Below are positions 59,356 to 64,000 of a DNA stretch of 64,000 nucleotides, one piece after another. The notes under the pieces are model-generated. The model ran no database searches and was not told the DNA's origin. It was given only the letters and a program-made list of their open reading frames with translations. Made by a program: the position numbers and the translations under genes. Where the stretch lies: sequence record DRR723986_9346. One strand, given 5' to 3'. How positions within the stretch are numbered: position 1 is the stretch's first letter; the number at the start of each line of letters is the position of its first letter.

Positions 59356-60686
59356 TGAAACGTTTTTTTAAACATACCTATTTAACCTTTCGATTTTTTA
59401 TCGTGGCCATGGTATTTGCAGCACTATTTATAGTGGCCTACATGTATCCAGGTCTTTTAGGTATTGTTACAATTTTATTTTTTGTAGCAATAGGACTTGT
59501 ATTGGTAGACCTTATTCTATTATATAAACAAAAAGGAATTTCTGCAAATCGTCAATTACCAGAAAAATTGAGTAATGGAGATGATAACCCTATTCATCTA
59601 AGTATTACAAACAGCTATAATTTTAAAACAGATTTGGTACTTATTGATGAACTTCCGTTTCAATACCAAAAGCGCGATTTTGAAATTAACACACAACTAA
59701 ATCAGCACGAGGAAAAAAAAATAACCTATACTTTAAGACCATTGGAACGCGGAGAGTACTACTTTGGAAATTTAAATATCTATGTAAACTCACCTATTGG
59801 TTTAGTAACAAGACGTTTTCAGTTTGCCAAAGATGCAATGGTACCTAATTATCCATCGTTTTTACAATTACGTAAATACATGCTTTTAGCCTTTTCAAAT
59901 AAATTATTTGAATATGGTTTAAAGAAAATTAGACGAATTGGTCATACCATGGAGTTTGAACAAATTAAAGATTATGTCACTGGTGATGATATCAGAAATA
60001 TAAACTGGAAAGCTACTGCAAAGCGCAATCAGCTCATGGTTAATCAGTTTCAAGATGAACGCTCTCAACCTATTTATAGTGTTATAGATAAAGGTAGAGC
60101 AATGAAAATACCGTTTGAAGGCCTAAGCCTGCTCGACTATGCGATAAACGCAACGTTAGTTATTAGTAATGTAGCCTTAAAAAAACAAGATAAGGCTGGG
60201 ATGTTTACTTTTTCAAGAAAAATAGAAAATAAAGTTATCGCGGAACGCAGACCTTCTCAAATGAATAAAATTCTTGAGACGCTTTACAATGTAAGTACAG
60301 ACTTTTCAGAATCAGATTTCTCCCGCCTGTACATAGATGTTAAACGAAATTTAACGCAGCGTAGTTTACTTCTACTTTACACCAATTTTGAAACCTTAGA
60401 TGCACTACATAGACAATTGCCCTACATACAAGCCATTGCAAAAAACCACCTGTTAGTTGTTATCTTTTTTGAAAACACAGAGTTACACAAACTTACAAAT
60501 GTTGAAGCTTCTAACACTTTTGAGATTTTTCAGAAAACAATAGCAGAAAAATTTATGTATGAGAAAAAACTCATTGTTAATGAGCTTCAAAAACATGGTA
60601 TACAGTCTATCTTAACGGCACCAGAGCATCTCACTATTAATACAATTAACAAATACCTAGAGATTAAAGCAAGAGGACTTATCTAA
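59355..60686 (+). CDS. DUF58 (vWA-like) protein
   Basis: Two N-terminal TM, ERGEYYFG, EFEQIKDYVTGDDIRNINWKATA, IDKGRAM; GTG start. Confidence 0.9.
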   Translation: MKRFFKHTYLTFRFFIVAMVFAALFIVAYMYPGLLGIVTILFFVAIGLVLVDLILLYKQKGISANRQLPEKLSNGDDNPIHLSITNSYNFKTDLVLIDELPFQYQKRDFEINTQLNQHEEKKITYTLRPLERGEYYFGNLNIYVNSPIGLVTRRFQFAKDAMVPNYPSFLQLRKYMLLAFSNKLFEYGLKKIRRIGHTMEFEQIKDYVTGDDIRNINWKATAKRNQLMVNQFQDERSQPIYSVIDKGRAMKIPFEGLSLLDYAINATLVISNVALKKQDKAGMFTFSRKIENKVIAERRPSQMNKILETLYNVSTDFSESDFSRLYIDVKRNLTQRSLLLLYTNFETLDALHRQLPYIQAIAKNHLLVVIFFENTELHKLTNVEASNTFEIFQKTIAEKFMYEKKLIVNELQKHGIQSILTAPEHLTINTINKYLEIKARGLI

Positions 60687-60717
60687 TAGAAAATTACTTA
60701 TTTTTAAGTATTAATTA

Positions 60718-60747
60718 CAACTCATCCTAAAAAAATAACAATTGGGT
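60718..60747 (+). promoter_or_regulatory. LytTR-type tandem direct-repeat operator upstream of DUF2141 gene
   Basis: CAACTCATC-N12-CAATTGGGT; 24/30 identical to the 45740-45769 element. Confidence 0.6.
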
Positions 60748-60826
60748 AATTCCAATTATAATAACTAATAGGTTTGTTAGATATTTGACTTATCAATCAA
60801 TTACAAACCATTAACACATTAACAAG

Positions 60827-61291
60827 ATGAAATCAAAGATTCACGAAAATAAAAGAAACAATTTAATAACTGTGAGTAAAAATTTATTTTTAACATTAGC
60901 TCTAGTATTAACTTCTGCATTTAGCTTCGGACAAGACGAAGGAATTACAATTTCAGTAACAATTGATAATGTAAAAAACGATAATGGAAAAGTTATTTTA
61001 TCATTACATACCTCTGAAACCTTTATGAAAGGTGGTGGAATATTAAATGTAGAATCAGAAATTAAGGATGGAAAAATTGAGGTAACATTTGAAAATGTTT
61101 TACCTGGAGAATATGCAATCATGGCATTACACGATGAAAACGGAAATGAAAGAATGGACTTTAGAGAAAATGGATTGCCATTAGAATCTTACGGTATGTC
61201 TAATAATGAAATGTCTTTTGGCCCACCACAATTTGACGATGCCAAATTTAAAGTTGAAACAGAAGACTTAAAAATGAACATACGCTTCTAA
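60827..61291 (+). CDS. DUF2141 secreted protein
   Basis: PGEYAIMALHDENGN..MD..GLPLESYGMSNN..FGPPQFDDAKF; start may be the later GTG. Confidence 0.88.
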   Translation: MKSKIHENKRNNLITVSKNLFLTLALVLTSAFSFGQDEGITISVTIDNVKNDNGKVILSLHTSETFMKGGGILNVESEIKDGKIEVTFENVLPGEYAIMALHDENGNERMDFRENGLPLESYGMSNNEMSFGPPQFDDAKFKVETEDLKMNIRF

Positions 61292-61325
61292 CAAATCATC
61301 ATCAATCAAAAGATTAATCATAGCG

Positions 61326-61357
61326 ACCAGAAATTCAAATTAGAGTTTCTGGTTTTT
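61326..61357. terminator. Bidirectional terminator
   Basis: ACCAGAAATTC...GAGTTTCTGGT-TTTT. Confidence 0.75.
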
Positions 61358-61368
61358 GTTTAATTGTA

Positions 61369-63669
61369 CTACCAATACACTCTAAACAATATATTGGGAG
61401 TTATACCTATTGAATACTTTTCTATAAGTTCTATTGGATCGTTTAAACTATTATTACCTCTATACTCCCTACTAATTAGATTTTCTCTATTGTAAATATT
61501 ACGTATAGACAAACCCACCTTACCACGAAGATTACTAGTACTGTTAAATTTAAAGTCATAAGTAGACGAAAAATCTAATCGATGATATACTGGTAATTCT
61601 CCAGTATTTATACCATCATTAAAAGCTAAGCCATTACCACCTTCTTCTGCAACAGTGAAAGGTTTATCTGTTTGCCATCTCCAGCCAAGTGATAACTGAA
61701 GTCCTTTGTGCTTATAGCTTAATGCCGTAGATACCGCATGAGTTACATTAGATTTGGATCTAAAATCTTTATTATCATTTAATCCATTAAACGTACTTTT
61801 TGAATTGTTATAAGAATAACTCAGCCATGAATTAAATCGATTTAATCGTTTTTTTAAAAACACATCAACACCAAATACACTTTGTTCACCTATATTAAAA
61901 CTACTATTATCAGGGTTTAAAAATCCAAGAGACAAGGCTGTTATATTCTTTAATTGCTTGTAATAACTATCCACATCAGCACTAAAACCATTAAAAGAAT
62001 ATATAAACCCTGCTGATACTTGTTGGCCATTCATTATTGGGAAATTATTTCCATCTGCAAGTCTCCAAACTCTATTTTCTAATGACAAATCACTTAATAG
62101 TGTCTCATCAATTTCACTAATAACCTGATTTTTTATTTCACCACTTAATTGCAACTTTAACTGCGGAATAATGGACTTTTGTAATAAAAGCCTTGGCTCT
62201 AATCGTACAGCATCTAATTCTTTAAAATAAGTAGCGCGAATACCCAAATCAACATCAAATAGTTTAGAATTTGAGTAATTATAATTACCGTAAACACTAT
62301 GGGTTTGTATGATACGTTGTTCTGTATCTAAAACTAATTCTAATTCTGAAGAACGAATAAAGGCATAAGAAATATCTTTTAATGAATACTGATAACCAAA
62401 ATTGTAAGTATTCTTATTTGCAGTGGTTAATATTAATTCTGTAGAAATCCCTGAATCAAATATGGCGTTTCGTTTTTCAAATTCAGAAATAACTTCTCCA
62501 TCTTCTTCTGTAATAAAACTATAATCCAAACTATAATCAGAAAAATAGAGCCTTGTCTCTTGTCTTAAATTTTGGTTCCAGATAAAATCCCATCCAGCAC
62601 CATATCCAATATTTTTAGTAGTTAATTTATCTGTTAGAGTTTCATCCGTTTCATCGTCATAAACATCATAGTCTAATTGATTGTCAATAGAAATAATACT
62701 TGCAAATAACTTATTTCGTGAATTTAGTTTATAATTTACTTTTACATTGTAATCAAGAAAAGAGAATTCATTAGTACTATTATTTGAATTATTAATCTTT
62801 GTACTTTCAAATACCTTATCTGCAAACTGTGTAAATGCTATGGTTTCAATGGCATCAACATAACTTCGTCTTGCTGAGGCTTGCAAACTCAATTTGTCCT
62901 TTAGTATAGGTATTGACAAAACAGCATCCGCATTTATACCATTTACGCCAATCTGAGCTTTTAGTTTATTTTCTATTTCAGAATTAGAGACAATATCAAT
63001 GACACTAGACAAACGCTCACCGTATTTGGCATTTGTACCTTTGTTAATAAATGAAATTGATGATGCTACATTTGGATTAATAGGTGAAATCATACCAAAC
63101 AAATGCCCTTTATGGTACAAATTAATACCATCCCAAATTAATCTATTTTGATCTGAAGCTCCTCCTCTTACAAAAAATCCTGTGGCAGTTTCATTAGGAC
63201 TCAACACACCTGGCAATAATTGAATACTTTCTAAAACATCTGGTTCAGTTAAGCCGGGTAGAATACCTAATTTAGAAGGATATAACTTAAACGATCCATC
63301 TTTGTTCTTAACGATACCTTTAGTGAGATAACTATTCAATACAATTTTTTCTAAGGATTGAATATTGGTAGTCTCTTCTATATTTTCTTTGATAATAACA
63401 TATCTATTGGCAACAATAGAATAGTTTAATTTAATCCGCTCACTAATTTCATCTAAAAGCTCAGTTAATGTTCTATCCTTTCCCTGCAATGTAATCCGCT
63501 TTGTTGAAATGAAATCATCATTATAAGAAAACAAAACACCATATGTTGATTCAACTTTTTCAAAGGCATCAGCCAGAGTTTCATCATTAAACTTAATGTA
63601 AAAAGCCTCTTCTTGAGAAAAGGCTAGAAATGGGAGTAACATTAAAACAAAGACACAGATTAACCTCAT
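61369..63669 (-). CDS. TonB-dependent receptor with N-terminal STN signalling domain
   Basis: STN-like LADAFEKVESTYGVLFSY, plug LPGLTEPDVLESIQLLPGV and VRGGASDQN, LPVYHRLD, aromatic C-terminus. Confidence 0.88.
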   Translation of the reverse strand: MRLICVFVLMLLPFLAFSQEEAFYIKFNDETLADAFEKVESTYGVLFSYNDDFISTKRITLQGKDRTLTELLDEISERIKLNYSIVANRYVIIKENIEETTNIQSLEKIVLNSYLTKGIVKNKDGSFKLYPSKLGILPGLTEPDVLESIQLLPGVLSPNETATGFFVRGGASDQNRLIWDGINLYHKGHLFGMISPINPNVASSISFINKGTNAKYGERLSSVIDIVSNSEIENKLKAQIGVNGINADAVLSIPILKDKLSLQASARRSYVDAIETIAFTQFADKVFESTKINNSNNSTNEFSFLDYNVKVNYKLNSRNKLFASIISIDNQLDYDVYDDETDETLTDKLTTKNIGYGAGWDFIWNQNLRQETRLYFSDYSLDYSFITEEDGEVISEFEKRNAIFDSGISTELILTTANKNTYNFGYQYSLKDISYAFIRSSELELVLDTEQRIIQTHSVYGNYNYSNSKLFDVDLGIRATYFKELDAVRLEPRLLLQKSIIPQLKLQLSGEIKNQVISEIDETLLSDLSLENRVWRLADGNNFPIMNGQQVSAGFIYSFNGFSADVDSYYKQLKNITALSLGFLNPDNSSFNIGEQSVFGVDVFLKKRLNRFNSWLSYSYNNSKSTFNGLNDNKDFRSKSNVTHAVSTALSYKHKGLQLSLGWRWQTDKPFTVAEEGGNGLAFNDGINTGELPVYHRLDFSSTYDFKFNSTSNLRGKVGLSIRNIYNRENLISREYRGNNSLNDPIELIEKYSIGITPNILFRVYW

Positions 63670-63671
63670 CC

Positions 63672-64000
63672 TTAATATCTAAGTTTAATGTTACGATTTT
63701 CTTTTTCAATATATTTTATAGATAAGGCATCAAAGACAGTGGTTAGCGCCATATTGAGGTTTCCATGAGGAAAACCTCCTGAAAAAACGACCTCTTCATC
63801 AATCTCTTTAGTCTCAAAAACAACATCATATTGATGCTCTAATGCTGTAATAACATATTTTAACGGAACACTTTTAAAGGTACTTTCACCATCTACCCAA
63901 GTTGGCTTAAATTCCTTAGATGTACTAGATTCTGATTTATATCCATTAATTTTTCTAACAGATTGCGTTGGCAACAAAATGTGTTCTGAATCTGCTGTTT
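63672..64000 (-). CDS. FecR-family anti-sigma/sensor, C-terminal part (runs off window)
   Basis: Frame open to window edge; PTWVDGESTFKSVPLKYVITALEHQYDV, FSGGF..LNMAL; 2 nt from the TBDR start. Confidence 0.85.
   Translation of the reverse strand, partial: TADSEHILLPTQSVRKINGYKSESSTSKEFKPTWVDGESTFKSVPLKYVITALEHQYDVVFETKEIDEEVVFSGGFPHGNLNMALTTVFDALSIKYIEKENRNIKLRY

Noticed and set aside
1-64000. CRISPR arrays, IS elements, prophage, defence systems, riboswitches
   Set aside because: No repeat-spacer periodicity, transposase, integrase, phage or nuclease motifs seen; intergenic gaps are short and mostly explained by promoters and terminators. A covariance-model scan was not possible

Overview
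AT-rich chromosomal window from a Flavobacteriaceae-type bacterium (Bacteroidota). Evidence: TAnnTTTG -7 promoters, T9SS C-terminal domains, a mitochondrial-type aconitase and a PUR-family protein. It starts in a tRNA-Lys/tRNA-Leu pair and is mostly core genome (acn, parvulin PPIase cluster, guaB, pyrD, pepT, nusB-yajC, dcp). It also carries a split carotenoid pathway: a CarH-like B12-binding MerR regulator with crtI-crtB-crtZ, and a separate crtD-cruF-crtY operon. There are three TonB-dependent receptors, two T9SS cargo genes and an uncharacterised RDD/SpoIIM/DUF4129/DUF4350/MoxR/DUF58 locus. I saw no IS, integrase, phage or CRISPR. Most notable: (1) an islet encoding a membrane-anchored PHM/DBH-like copper monooxygenase with a non-canonical N-terminal copper site, translationally coupled to its own SCO copper chaperone; (2) four disrupted accessory genes, one with an in-frame TGA at a Cys-Cys position; (3) a 30-bp LytTR-type tandem-repeat operator shared, at identical spacing, by two promoters 15 kb apart; (4) Fur-like boxes at an iron-type TBDR and upstream of aconitase. 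Family assignments come from motif recognition only; no searches were run.
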